32,586 nt of DNA from Betaproteobacteria bacterium (GTDB lineage: Bacteria; Pseudomonadota; Gammaproteobacteria; Burkholderiales; Burkholderiaceae_C): contig RFWA01000001.1 of NCBI GenBank assembly GCA_009922295.1, positions 1 to 32,586 on the forward strand, written 5' to 3'. Made by a program: the position numbers and the translations under genes. This document shows, piece by piece, positions 13,543 through 23,225 of the stretch. Under the pieces are notes generated by a model. That model was given only the letters and a program-made list of their open reading frames with translations. It ran no database searches and was not told the DNA's origin. Position 1 is the stretch's first letter, and the number at the start of each line of letters is the position of its first letter.

Positions 13543-14472
13543 TCATGATAACTCGCCGCTGGCGTGCATTGCCACGACGGGCGCCCGGGTGACCAGCAGC
13601 ACGCCGGGCAGGATCAGCGCAGCACCGCCCAGGTGGTGCCAGCCCAATGGCTCGCCCAGCACCACCCAGGCCGCCAAGCCGGCGTACAGCGGCACCAGGT
13701 ACAGCGCCACCGCAACCCGACTGGCACCCAGCACTTTTTGAGACCAGCCGTACATCCAATAGGCGCCAAGACCAGGCAGCAGTGCGGCCGTCACACCCAG
13801 GCCCGTGGCGCGCCAGCCCCAGACCGGCGTGCCGGGCAAGCCCGCCTCCCACCAGGCAAATGGCAGCAGACACAGCACGCCACCCACGCAGATGGCGGCC
13901 AGCCGGGCGGTCGCCCCCAAGGGGCTGGGCCACTTTTTTTGCAATAGCGCGTACACCGCCCAGGACACCACCGCCAGCACGATCCAGGCGTCGCCGGCCA
14001 GCCAGCGCACCTCAGACAGCGCCAGCCAATGCCCCCGCACCACGACATGCATCACCCCGACGAGCGACAACAACACGCCCAAGACCTGCCTGACCGACAG
14101 CCGGTCTCCCAGAAAAACCACTGCGCCAACGGCAATCAGAACCGGTGACGCGGTGTAGATCAGGGCAATGTTCATCGCCGACGTGGTCTGTGCGCCCAGG
14201 TACACCCAGGCGCCACAAACCAACATGCCCAAGGCGCCCAACACCAGGTATTGCCAGAACACGTCACGCACGTGGTGCCGGTGTTGCCACAAATCGGCGC
14301 GTGCCAGCAGCAGCAAGACCAAGCCAGCCAAGCCCCATCGCGCCAGCGCCAGCTGATGTGGCGCCACCACCCCGGGCGCAAGCCGCGCCACGATGTAGTT
14401 GACAGCCCACAGGGCCAGCATCACCCAAAGCAGGGCCAGTGCCAGCCTTTGGTTCGGATCAGGCTTGGACAC
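13543..14472 (-). CDS. DMT/EamA-family transporter
   Basis: About 10 hydrophobic segments in two repeats (TTSAMNIALIYTASP, VVLGEPL). Start estimated at GTG 14472, overlapping the dusA end. Confidence 0.88.
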   Translation of the reverse strand: MSKPDPNQRLALALLWVMLALWAVNYIVARLAPGVVAPHQLALARWGLAGLVLLLLARADLWQHRHHVRDVFWQYLVLGALGMLVCGAWVYLGAQTTSAMNIALIYTASPVLIAVGAVVFLGDRLSVRQVLGVLLSLVGVMHVVVRGHWLALSEVRWLAGDAWIVLAVVSWAVYALLQKKWPSPLGATARLAAICVGGVLCLLPFAWWEAGLPGTPVWGWRATGLGVTAALLPGLGAYWMYGWSQKVLGASRVAVALYLVPLYAGLAAWVVLGEPLGWHHLGGAALILPGVLLVTRAPVVAMHASGELS

Positions 14473-15457
14473 CTTGCACCCCATGTGCCTGCGCCATCAC
14501 TTCCCGCGGGTCTTGCGCCTTGAGCCGGTGGTCGCTCCAGACCTGGCGCCAGCGCCGGGCACCTGGCAGCCCATGGCGCAGTCCCAGCATGTGGCGGGCA
14601 ATCGGGTACCAGGGCGTGCCAAATTCGGTCGCCTGGCGCAGCATGTAGGCCACCATCTGCTCCTCGATCTGCTCTCGGGTGCTCTCAGAAGCCACCTCGC
14701 CATAGAACAGCGCGTCCCATTGGCTCAGCCACCAGGGGTTGTGATAGGCCTCCCGCCCGATCATGACGCCGTCGACCTGCTGCAGCTGGGCCTGCACCTG
14801 CTCGCTGGTAGTGAGGCCGCCATTGATCTCGATCTGACAATCAGGAAAATCAAGTTTGAGCTGATGAACCAGGCTGTAGCGCAGCGGCGGCACTTCTCGG
14901 TTTTCTTTGGGGCTCAGGCCCTGCAACCAGGCATTGCGCGCATGCACGATGAAGGTGTTGCAGCCGGCCTGGTGCAGGGCACCCACAAAGTCACGCACAA
15001 AGTCGTAGCGCTCGGTGCGGTCAATCCCAATGCGGTGCTTGACCGTGACCGGGATGCCCACCACATCGAGCATGGCCTTGACGCAGTCGGCCACCAGCGC
15101 CGGCTCGGCCATCAGGCAGGCACCAAAGGCACCGCGCTGCACGCGCTCGCTGGGGCAACCGCAGTTGAGGTTGATCTCGTCATAACCCCACTGCTCACCC
15201 AGGCGAGCGCAGTGCGCCAAATCGGCCGGCTCGCTGCCACCGAGTTGCAAGGCTAAAGGGTGCTCTTGAAGGTTGTAACGCAAGTGCCGCGTCACATCAC
15301 CATGAAGGAGCGCACCGGTGGTCACCATCTCGGTGTACAGCAAGGCCCGCTTAGTTAGCAAACGGTGGAAGTAACGACAGTGACGGTCGGTCCAATCCAT
15401 CATCGGGGCCACGGAGAGCCGCCCGGGGCTGGGTGTCAGTGGTGCATTGGTGGTCAT
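14459..15457 (-). CDS. dusA: tRNA dihydrouridine(20/20a) synthase DusA
   Basis: SVAPMMDWTDRHCR, LQLGGSEP, NLNCGCPSERVQ, TVKHRIG, VHAR, GLSPKENREVPPL and GVMIGR. Confidence 0.96.
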   Translation of the reverse strand: MTTNAPLTPSPGRLSVAPMMDWTDRHCRYFHRLLTKRALLYTEMVTTGALLHGDVTRHLRYNLQEHPLALQLGGSEPADLAHCARLGEQWGYDEINLNCGCPSERVQRGAFGACLMAEPALVADCVKAMLDVVGIPVTVKHRIGIDRTERYDFVRDFVGALHQAGCNTFIVHARNAWLQGLSPKENREVPPLRYSLVHQLKLDFPDCQIEINGGLTTSEQVQAQLQQVDGVMIGREAYHNPWWLSQWDALFYGEVASESTREQIEEQMVAYMLRQATEFGTPWYPIARHMLGLRHGLPGARRWRQVWSDHRLKAQDPREVMAQAHGVQGVQA

Positions 15458-15487
15458 CAGAGCCGCTATTTTCGCAGACTGCCAGCC

Positions 15488-16345
15488 CTACTGAGCCTGG
15501 TTTGGCAGCAAGGCTGCGAGACTCTGTACCGGGCGGCGCAAGGTAGGATCGAAGGGGTTGAGTTTGGGTCCGATGGCCTGCGCTTGGCGCTTGAGCAAGT
15601 CCACCACGACGGGAAGCCGGTCGGCGCTCAGTCGCCCGGCAATCGTACCCACGCTCAGGGCCGCGACGGCGCGGCCGTCGGCGTCACAAATGGGCACGGC
15701 AACCCCGGACATGCCTTCGAGCAATCCGGTGTTGCGCGCGGCGTAACCGAGCTCGCGCACGCTGTCGATTTCGGTGCGAAGGTAGACCTCGTCAAACATC
15801 CCGAGTTCACGCAGGCGGGGCAGGTTGAATCGAATAACCTCTTCTCGTTCGGCCTCGGGCAAAAAAGCCAGGATTGCCAGACTGCCTTGTCCAACGCCCA
15901 GGGCAACGCGGCCGCCAATATCGCCGGTGAAAGATCGGATCGGAATAGGCCCTTCACTGCGATCCAGGCACACTGCATCAAATCCGCTGCGTGCCAGTAA
16001 AAATATCGTGTCACCCAAACTGGCGCAAAGCCGCAGCACTGAGGGGCGACACAGATCGCGCAGGTTCATGGGGTTGCCGGCGCGCGCTGCCAGCACAAAG
16101 AAGCCAATGCTCAAGCGGTAGCGGCGGCTGCGCTCGTCCTGCTCCACAACATCCTGCGCTACCAGTGCCTGCAAAGTCCGGTGTACGGTGGCCTGTGTGA
16201 GCCCGACCGCCTTGGCAATTTGCGTGATTCGTAAACCTTCGGCGGTATCGGCAGCGGCCAGCAGGCGGATGATCGAAAAAGCACGCGGCAAAGCACCTAC
16301 TCCAGGGCTCACCGAATCAGTCTCAGACGTTTTCATATCTTTCAT
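15488..16345 (-). CDS. IclR-family transcriptional regulator
   Basis: N-terminal HTH (ITQIAKAVGLTQATVHRTLQAL) and IclR effector domain (GSLAILAF, GVAVPI, AALSV). Divergent from the ABC/dehydrogenase operon. Confidence 0.92.
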   Translation of the reverse strand: MKDMKTSETDSVSPGVGALPRAFSIIRLLAAADTAEGLRITQIAKAVGLTQATVHRTLQALVAQDVVEQDERSRRYRLSIGFFVLAARAGNPMNLRDLCRPSVLRLCASLGDTIFLLARSGFDAVCLDRSEGPIPIRSFTGDIGGRVALGVGQGSLAILAFLPEAEREEVIRFNLPRLRELGMFDEVYLRTEIDSVRELGYAARNTGLLEGMSGVAVPICDADGRAVAALSVGTIAGRLSADRLPVVVDLLKRQAQAIGPKLNPFDPTLRRPVQSLAALLPNQAQ

Positions 16346-16470
16346 TGGACTATTATTTTAAATATTTACTAAATAATTTTACTGAATGGAATTATTTTAA
16401 TAATATTCTCGTTAGGTGGAATACCTAATTGACGCTGCGGTTTCTTTAAACCAATATCAAGGCCATCACA
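16346..16470. promoter_or_regulatory. AT-rich divergent promoter region with candidate sigma70 promoter and operator
   Basis: TTGACG (16429-16434), 17 bp, then CAATAT (16452-16457). Palindrome TTAGGT-N5-ACCTAA (16412-16428) abuts the -35. Confidence 0.5.
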
Positions 16471-16527
16471 CCCCGGAGTGATCGAGTGGATCACACCACC
16501 GGCCGGCGCCGTGACACGGAGCTGTTC

Positions 16528-17574
16528 ATGTCCTTCCTGACGCTGACCCATCTAAGCAAGTGCTACGGCAGCCAGCGTGTCGTCGACGACCTGACCCTGA
16601 GTGTCGCCAAGGGCGAGTTTGTCTCCTTGTTGGGCCCGTCGGGTTGCGGCAAGACCACCACGCTGCAAATGATTGCTGGCTTTACCGAAGTCAGCAGCGG
16701 CCAAATCATGTTGGATGGACGCGACATCACGCACACCGCCCCGAACACCCGTGGGCTCGGCATCGTGTTCCAGAGCTACGCCCTGTTCCCTCACATGACG
16801 GTGTCCGAGAATATTGCCTTTGGGCTGGAGATGCGACGCATGCCCCGGGCAGAGCGCCACGAACGGGTCAAGGCCACCATAGCGCTAGTGCACCTGGAGG
16901 CCTATACCGACAGCTACCCGCGCCAACTCTCGGGTGGACAGCAACAACGCGTGGCACTGGCCCGAGCACTGGTGATTGAGCCACCCGTCTTGCTGCTGGA
17001 CGAACCCCTGTCCAACCTGGATGCCAAGCTGCGTGAGGAAATGCAGTTTGAACTGCGGCATATCCAGCGCAAGGTCGGCACCACCACCCTCATGGTCACC
17101 CATGACCAGACTGAAGCCATGTCCATCAGCGACCGGGTGGTGGTGATGCAGGCCGGTCGGGTTACCCAGATCGACGCACCCTACACGCTTTACGAGCAGC
17201 CCCAGACGCGATTCATCTCTGACTTTGTCGGCAAAGCCAATGTGCTGACCGGACACGTCGCTGGCAGCGGCGTGCATGTGAACATCAGCCCTGGCGGCCT
17301 GTCACTGGCGGTTGACAGCATCGGTCTGGCCCCTGGGATGCCAGCACTCTTGAGCCTGCGACCCGAACGGATCCGGTTCACGGCCCAAGCGCAGGGCCTG
17401 CTGGACGGCCAGGTGACAGCGCGGTTTTTTCTGGGCAGCCAGTGGCTGTACCGGCTGGAGACCGTAGCGGGCAACCTGATGGTGCTGTGCCCCAACAGCG
17501 ACGCCCCAGCACTTGAAGAGGGCAGTGTGACCGGGCTGAGCTGGTCGAGCGCTGCCCTGCGGGTACTGCCATGA
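16528..17574 (+). CDS. ABC transporter ATP-binding subunit (PotA family)
   Basis: GPSGCGKT, VFQSYALFPHM, LSGGQQQR, LLLDEPLSNLD, VTHDQ and TOBE-like tail. Start at ATG 16528 after GGAG. Confidence 0.93.
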   Translation: MSFLTLTHLSKCYGSQRVVDDLTLSVAKGEFVSLLGPSGCGKTTTLQMIAGFTEVSSGQIMLDGRDITHTAPNTRGLGIVFQSYALFPHMTVSENIAFGLEMRRMPRAERHERVKATIALVHLEAYTDSYPRQLSGGQQQRVALARALVIEPPVLLLDEPLSNLDAKLREEMQFELRHIQRKVGTTTLMVTHDQTEAMSISDRVVVMQAGRVTQIDAPYTLYEQPQTRFISDFVGKANVLTGHVAGSGVHVNISPGGLSLAVDSIGLAPGMPALLSLRPERIRFTAQAQGLLDGQVTARFFLGSQWLYRLETVAGNLMVLCPNSDAPALEEGSVTGLSWSSAALRVLP

Positions 17575-18425
17575 GTCATCATCCGGCAGCCAGGCCATGG
17601 GCCATGTCGGCGCCAGCTCTGCTGCTCTTTGCCTGCATGCTGCTGGTGCCGCTGGGTTTGACCACCGTGCTGTCTTTCCATGTGTTTGACCACGCCACCG
17701 GCGTCAAAGACGGCTACACCACGGCGCATTACCTGGCCGTCGTGACGGACGAGTACTACCATGGCATCTTCTGGCGCACCTTCTGGATCTCTGGCCTGAC
17801 CACGCTGCTGTGTTTGGCCATCGGAGCGCCTGAAGCCTATATCCTGAGCCGCATGAGCAACCCCTGGCGCAGCATTTGCCTGCTGGTGGTTCTGGCGCCG
17901 CTGCTGGTGTCCGTGGTGGTGCGGGCCTTTGGCTGGAGCATGTTGCTTGGGCCCCAGGGCGTGATCAACCATGCGCTGCAAGCGATTGGCCTCGGTCCGG
18001 TCCGTATTCTCTACACCGAGACAGCCGTCATCATTGCGCTGGTCCACGTCATGCTTCCCTTCATGGTGATACCAATCTGGACCTCACTGCAAAAGCTCGA
18101 TCCCTGGGTGGAGAACGCTGCCCTGTCGCTGAATGCCTCGCCCTTCACCGCGCTGCGTCGCATCGTGTTACCGCAGGTTGTTCCTGGCCTGCTGTCTGGC
18201 AGCCTGCTGGTGTTCGGCCTAAGCGCCAGTGCCTTTGCCATTCCCGGCCTGCTGGGTGGGCGGCGGCTCAAGATGGTGGCTACGGTGGTGTATGACGAAT
18301 ACCTGCATGAGCTCAACTGGCCGTTGGGCGGGGCCATTGCGCTGGTCTTGCTGCTGGCCAATCTGATTGTCATGCTGAGCTACAACCGGCTGTTTGAGCG
18401 CCGCTACAAAAACGCGATGGGCTGA
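17571..18425 (+). CDS. ABC transporter permease (PotB-like)
   Basis: Multiple TM segments, EAA-like loop ENAALSLNAS, NWPLGGA. ATGA overlap with the ATPase. Confidence 0.92.
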   Translation: MSHHPAARPWAMSAPALLLFACMLLVPLGLTTVLSFHVFDHATGVKDGYTTAHYLAVVTDEYYHGIFWRTFWISGLTTLLCLAIGAPEAYILSRMSNPWRSICLLVVLAPLLVSVVVRAFGWSMLLGPQGVINHALQAIGLGPVRILYTETAVIIALVHVMLPFMVIPIWTSLQKLDPWVENAALSLNASPFTALRRIVLPQVVPGLLSGSLLVFGLSASAFAIPGLLGGRRLKMVATVVYDEYLHELNWPLGGAIALVLLLANLIVMLSYNRLFERRYKNAMG

Positions 18426-18431
18426 GCCCGC

Positions 18432-19226
18432 ATGGTCAAAAATAGTCCTCTCGCGCTGGCATTCAATGCCCTGGTCATCGTGTTCATGCTGGCGCCGCTG
18501 GTCATCGTCTGTCTGGTCGCCTTCACACCTGAAAACACACTGACCCTACCGACCACGCACCTGTCACTGCGTTGGTTCAAGGCGGTGTTTGCGCATTCCG
18601 ATCTGGTGCAGTCATTCTGGAACAGTCTGTGGCTGGCGTTGGCGTCGGCCACGCTGGCCACGCTGATCGCGGTGCCCGCCGGACTTGCCATCACGCGATA
18701 CAACTTTGCCGGTCGTGAGACGCTCAACGCGCTGTTCCTCTCGCCCTTGATCATTCCGCACCTGGTGCTGGGCGTGGCGCTGCTGCGCATGTTCTCACTG
18801 ATAGGCGCCACCGGCAGCTTCGTTTGGCTTGCACTGGCGCATGTCGTCATCGTCACGCCCTATGTACTGCGCCTGATCGTGGCAGCAGCCGCCGGCTTTG
18901 ACCACAGTTGCGAGCAGGCAGCGCTGTCGCTGGGGGCCAGCAGCTTCACCGTGTTTCGGCGCATCACCCTGCCGATGATTCTGCCGGGGGTGACCGGGGG
19001 CTGGCTATTGGCCTTCATCAACAGCTTTGACGAAGTCACCATGTCAATTTTTGTCACAGCACCCTCGACCGTGACCCTGCCGGTACGCATGTACATGTAC
19101 GCCACCGAGTCGATCGACCCGCTGATGGCAGCAGCATCCGCCTTGATGGTGGCTTTCACCGCCGCCGTGATGCTGGTGCTCGACCGGCTCTACGGGCTGG
19201 ACAAGATATTGGTAGGCGGCAAATGA
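18432..19226 (+). CDS. ABC transporter permease (PotC-like)
   Basis: SLRWF, EQAALSLGAS, SFDEV and TLPV motifs. Confidence 0.92.
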   Translation: MVKNSPLALAFNALVIVFMLAPLVIVCLVAFTPENTLTLPTTHLSLRWFKAVFAHSDLVQSFWNSLWLALASATLATLIAVPAGLAITRYNFAGRETLNALFLSPLIIPHLVLGVALLRMFSLIGATGSFVWLALAHVVIVTPYVLRLIVAAAAGFDHSCEQAALSLGASSFTVFRRITLPMILPGVTGGWLLAFINSFDEVTMSIFVTAPSTVTLPVRMYMYATESIDPLMAAASALMVAFTAAVMLVLDRLYGLDKILVGGK

Positions 19227-19537
19227 AGAACGATGCCACACAGGGTCAATTCCGGCGCTTGAGTGAGACCGGGCGTGATCGCGTGAGCTTTACTTTGGAC
19301 GGCCAGTTGCGAGAGGCCCTGGTAGGTGACACCGTCATGACTGCCGTGTTGTCGCAAGCTTGGCAACTGCGCGTCAGCGAACCCGGGGGCGACAAGCGCG
19401 CCGGATTTTGCCTGATGGGGGCCTGCCAAGACTGCTGGATGCTGACCGAATCAGGCGAACGGCTGCGCGCATGCACCACGTTCATCGTACCCGGCATGCG
19501 CTTGCGCAGCAAGCCGAAGACGCCAGATGAGGCCTGA
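19223..19537 (+). CDS. [2Fe-2S] ferredoxin-like small subunit of a flavin amine dehydrogenase (HcnA/OdhC-like)
   Basis: FCLMGACQDC...RAC cysteine pattern; 104 aa; translationally coupled to its neighbours. Confidence 0.85.
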   Translation: MKNDATQGQFRRLSETGRDRVSFTLDGQLREALVGDTVMTAVLSQAWQLRVSEPGGDKRAGFCLMGACQDCWMLTESGERLRACTTFIVPGMRLRSKPKTPDEA

Positions 19538-20930
19538 TCTGCAACCGGTCATCGTCGGCGCCGGCCCAGCCGGCATTCGGGCCGCCGAAACGCTGGTACG
19601 GCATGGTCTGAAGCCCGTGGTGATTGACGAAGCGCCGCGCTGGGGCGGACAGATATACCGCCAGCCGCCAGCCCAATTTCAGCGCACCAGGCAGACCCTC
19701 TATGGGCTCGATGCCAAGGCCGCCGCCGCGGTGCTTGACACCATGACAACCCTGCTCCCGCACATCCGTTACCGCAACGACACCCTGGTCTGGAATGCCG
19801 AGGGGGGCCAGTTGGACCTGCTGCACCAAGGTCAGACGTCGACCCAACCCTACTCGCACCTGATTCTGTGCACGGGCGCCACCGATCGGGTGCTGCCTTT
19901 TCCGGGTTGGACCACACCGGGTGTCTTCACCCTGGGCGGTGCGCAGGTGGCGCTCAAATACCAGGGCTGCGCCATTGGCAGCCGGGTGGTGTTCGTCGGC
20001 ACCGGCCCGCTGCTTTACCTGATCGCCTACCAATATGCCAAGGCTGGCGCCAAGGTTGGGGCGGTGCTGGATACCGCCACACTTCGCGATCAGATCGCCG
20101 CCCTGCCCGACCTACTGGCAGCGCCCGGCTTGCTGGCGCGCGGCATGTACTACGTCACCTGGCTGCGAGCCCATGGTGTGCCGCTGCATGGCGGCATACA
20201 AGCACTGGGCACAGTGGGTGACGGGCGGGTCGATGCCATGCGTTGGCGCGATAGCCTGGGTGAGCATGAAGTCGCCTGCGATGCCATCGGCTTTGGTCAT
20301 GCACTGCGCTCTGAAACGCAACTCGCCGACATTCTGGGCTGTCGCTTCGAATTCAATGTGCAGCAACGCGCCTGGCTACCAGTCCACGATGATTCAGGCA
20401 GAGCCAGTGTGCCCGGCGTGTACCTGGCGGGTGACGGTGCTGGGATCATGGGTGCCCAAGCGGCCGAATGGGCCGGTGAACGGGCCGCACTGGCCCTGCT
20501 GGCTGACACTGGTCAGGCCTCCGCCCCGGCCCTGAGAACCCGGGCGAACAAGCTTGAACGGGCTTTGGGACGAACCCAACGCTTTCGCGGTGGTCTGGAG
20601 CGCGCTTTTCCGTTTCCGCCAACATGGGCCAAACAGGCCAGTGATTCGCTGGTGGTATGCCGATGCGAAGGCGTCACGGCCGGTGACCTGCGCGCAAGCG
20701 TCGCAGCCACGGGCACGACCGACATCAATCGGCTCAAGGCGCTGACGCGCGTTGGCATGGGGCGTTGCCAGGGTCGCATGTGCGGCGTGGCCGCCTGTGA
20801 AATCCTGGCGCAGTGCTCTGGCCAGCCCCTGCAGGCTGTCGGACGTCTGCGCGGCCAGGCCCCGGTCAAACCCATCCCGTTTGCCATGACCTGCGCCACC
20901 AGCCCATCAAAGCCGGAGGCTTCAACATGA
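19527..20930 (+). CDS. FAD/NAD(P)-binding oxidoreductase with C-terminal BFD-like [2Fe-2S] domain (OoxA/HcnB-like subunit)
   Basis: IVGAGPAG, GGQIYR, TGATDR.PFPGWT, AGDG and VCRCE...GMGRCQGRMC. Confidence 0.9.
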   Translation: MRPDLQPVIVGAGPAGIRAAETLVRHGLKPVVIDEAPRWGGQIYRQPPAQFQRTRQTLYGLDAKAAAAVLDTMTTLLPHIRYRNDTLVWNAEGGQLDLLHQGQTSTQPYSHLILCTGATDRVLPFPGWTTPGVFTLGGAQVALKYQGCAIGSRVVFVGTGPLLYLIAYQYAKAGAKVGAVLDTATLRDQIAALPDLLAAPGLLARGMYYVTWLRAHGVPLHGGIQALGTVGDGRVDAMRWRDSLGEHEVACDAIGFGHALRSETQLADILGCRFEFNVQQRAWLPVHDDSGRASVPGVYLAGDGAGIMGAQAAEWAGERAALALLADTGQASAPALRTRANKLERALGRTQRFRGGLERAFPFPPTWAKQASDSLVVCRCEGVTAGDLRASVAATGTTDINRLKALTRVGMGRCQGRMCGVAACEILAQCSGQPLQAVGRLRGQAPVKPIPFAMTCATSPSKPEAST

Positions 20931-22084
20931 CTGAGCATTGCGCCTGTGACGTCGCCATACTGGGCGGCGGTATCGTAGGCGCCTCGGCAGCACTGGCGCT
21001 GCGCCGCATGGGCTTTTCGGTCACGCTGCTTGAGCGCGACCTGTGTGGCTCGCGCTCAAGTGGCGTCAACTACGGGGGCGTGCGACGTCAGGGCCGACCG
21101 CTCACCCAGTTGCCGCTGGCGCAGCGGGCCCACGGTATCTGGACCCGTCTGACCGAATTGATTGGCATTGATGGTGAATACGTCCAGTCAGGTCACCTGA
21201 AGCTGGCACGCAGTCCTTCAGACCTGGCCGCGCTAGGAGCTTACTTTGAAGCTAGCGCCGGCTTTGGCATGGACCTGCAAATGCTAGATGCCAAAGCGCT
21301 GCGCCAGCGCTTTCCCTGGCTGGGGGAAAGCGCCATTGGCGGCTCTCTGTGCCCCCGGGACGGCCACGCCAACCCCAGACTGGTATCACCCGCCTTTGCA
21401 AAAGCAGCGGCAGCCATGGGTGCCGACATTCGCGAACAGATGCCGGTTGATGAGGTGGCGCACGACGGCAAGCACTTCACCCTGACTTGCAGCCAGCGCT
21501 TGGTGTTGCGTGCGCCCTATTTGCTCAACTGCGCCGGCGCGTGGGCTGGGCATATTGCGGCACGCTTCAACGAAGTCGTGCCCATGGTGTCGTCGCACCC
21601 GGTCATGGCGGTGACCGAGCCACTGCCCATGTTCATGACGCTGAGCCTGGGGGTGGAGGGGGGCGGCATCTACGCCCGCCAGGCACCACGCGGCAATTGC
21701 GTGATTGGCGGCTCGCAGGGCTATGCGCTGGACGACCAGCGCGCCCGGCCCAGCCGCGAAGCCATTGCCTTGGTGTTGGAGCGTACGGTGGAGTTAATGC
21801 CCGAACTGCGCCATGCGCACCTCATCCGGACCTGGAGCGGCACTGAAGGTTATCTACCCGACCGCGAGCCCGTGATTGGACTGAGCCGCACCACGCCGGG
21901 CCTGATCCACGGCTTCGGCTTTGCCGGTGCAGGGTTCCAGATTGGCCCGGCCGTTGGTGAAGTTCTGGCTGAACTGGTGCGTGATGGCGCCAGCACAACG
22001 CCCATCAGTGCGTTTTCGATCGCCCGTTTTGCCACCGCACCCCCTGTTTTTTCAAGTGTTCCCCCAAGTGCTACCTCAACCTAA
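20927..22084 (+). CDS. FAD-dependent DAO-family catalytic subunit (OoxB/HcnC-like)
   Basis: ILGGGIVG, SSGVNYGGVR, DGHANP, NCAGAW, RTWSG...PD..PVIG and GFQIGPAVG. Start at ATG 20927 after GGAGG, ATGA overlap. Confidence 0.9.
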   Translation: MTEHCACDVAILGGGIVGASAALALRRMGFSVTLLERDLCGSRSSGVNYGGVRRQGRPLTQLPLAQRAHGIWTRLTELIGIDGEYVQSGHLKLARSPSDLAALGAYFEASAGFGMDLQMLDAKALRQRFPWLGESAIGGSLCPRDGHANPRLVSPAFAKAAAAMGADIREQMPVDEVAHDGKHFTLTCSQRLVLRAPYLLNCAGAWAGHIAARFNEVVPMVSSHPVMAVTEPLPMFMTLSLGVEGGGIYARQAPRGNCVIGGSQGYALDDQRARPSREAIALVLERTVELMPELRHAHLIRTWSGTEGYLPDREPVIGLSRTTPGLIHGFGFAGAGFQIGPAVGEVLAELVRDGASTTPISAFSIARFATAPPVFSSVPPSATST

Positions 22085-22096
22085 AAGGAGATTTTC

Positions 22097-23170
22097 ATGC
22101 AACACAAACCGTCGAACCACCTCACCACCCGCCGAACCCTGCTGGCGGTCGCGGCTGCAGCCACCAGTCTGGTCGCGGCGACTGTCTCAGCCCAAACCAA
22201 GACGATTTACATCGGCATGAATGGCGGCCAGATGGAGAAAGTATGGAGCGAACACATTTTTCCGGCATTTGAAAAAGCCAATAACGCCAAGGTGGTGGTG
22301 GTGCCAGGTACATCGTCAGAAGTTTTGGCCAAAGCGCAAGCCAACAAAGACAAACCTCAGATGCACGTGATGTTTCTGGATGACGGCGTGATGGCGCGTG
22401 CCGTGGGCATGGGTCTTTGCGAAAAAATGAAACCCAGCGCGGCACTGAACGAAGTCTTTCCCACCGCTCGCTTCAAGGGCGATATGGCCACAGGTGTCAC
22501 CATGGGCATGACCGGGCTGGCCTACAACAAAAAAATGTATGCCGAAAAAGGTTGGGCTGCCCCCACCTCATGGATGGACATGGCTGACCCCAAACTCAAG
22601 GGCAAGGTGGTGTTCCAGTCAGTCTCTTCGTCGTCTTTTGGACTGCATGGTTTTCTGATGTTCAACCGCATCAAAGGCGGCACCGAGAAGAATGTGGAGC
22701 CTGGGTTCAACGCCTGGAAGACCAGCGTTGGCCCCAACGTTCTGGAGTACATCCCAAGTTCAGCCAAGCTGGCCGAGATGATGCAGACTGGCGAGGCGGC
22801 CATTGCGCCGCTGACGCCCACCTCTGTGGCCGGCCTGAAAAGCAAGGGCATCCAGGTCGAGTACGCGCAACCCAAAGAGGGCTCGGTGGTGCTGATGGTG
22901 GCCGAGTGCGTCATTGCCAATAACAGCGAACCTGCACTGGCGCAAAAGCTGGCTGAGCACCTGCTCAGTGCCGAAGCGCAGGCGGCGGGCTTGAAGCATG
23001 GCAATGAGATCCCGTCCAACCCCAAGGCCCAGGCCAGCGACGCAGACTCCAAGGCGGCACTGGCGCAATTTGCGGACTACATGAAGACGGCTGTCGTGCT
23101 CGACTGGGACGCGGTCAATGAAAACCGACCGGCATGGAACGCACGCTGGAACCGCCTGATCGAACGCTAA
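22097..23170 (+). CDS. ABC transporter periplasmic substrate-binding protein (PotD/PotF-like family)
   Basis: AAGGAG RBS, signal peptide (TRRTLL...VSA/Q), APTSWMDM, PKEG and W...WN C-terminus. Confidence 0.9.
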   Translation: MQHKPSNHLTTRRTLLAVAAAATSLVAATVSAQTKTIYIGMNGGQMEKVWSEHIFPAFEKANNAKVVVVPGTSSEVLAKAQANKDKPQMHVMFLDDGVMARAVGMGLCEKMKPSAALNEVFPTARFKGDMATGVTMGMTGLAYNKKMYAEKGWAAPTSWMDMADPKLKGKVVFQSVSSSSFGLHGFLMFNRIKGGTEKNVEPGFNAWKTSVGPNVLEYIPSSAKLAEMMQTGEAAIAPLTPTSVAGLKSKGIQVEYAQPKEGSVVLMVAECVIANNSEPALAQKLAEHLLSAEAQAAGLKHGNEIPSNPKAQASDADSKAALAQFADYMKTAVVLDWDAVNENRPAWNARWNRLIER

Positions 23171-23175
23171 ACAGC

Positions 23176-23205
23176 CAGGCGGCCAGGGCACTGCTCAGCC
23201 GCCTG
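23176..23205. terminator. GC hairpin between convergent operons; possible terminator
   Basis: CAGGCGGC-N14-GCCGCCTG in the 55-bp gap. No U-tract on either strand, so weak. Confidence 0.3.
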
Positions 23206-23225
23206 CTACGCCTGCGGCCGCTGCA

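Noticed and set aside
14459-15500. Active dusA-integrated genomic island
   Set aside because: No integrase, att duplication or mobility gene is visible in the window.
19223-22084. Hydrogen cyanide synthase hcnABC
   Set aside because: Same families and gene order, but embedding in an ABC importer operon with an IclR regulator points to catabolism; the symbol is not supportable.
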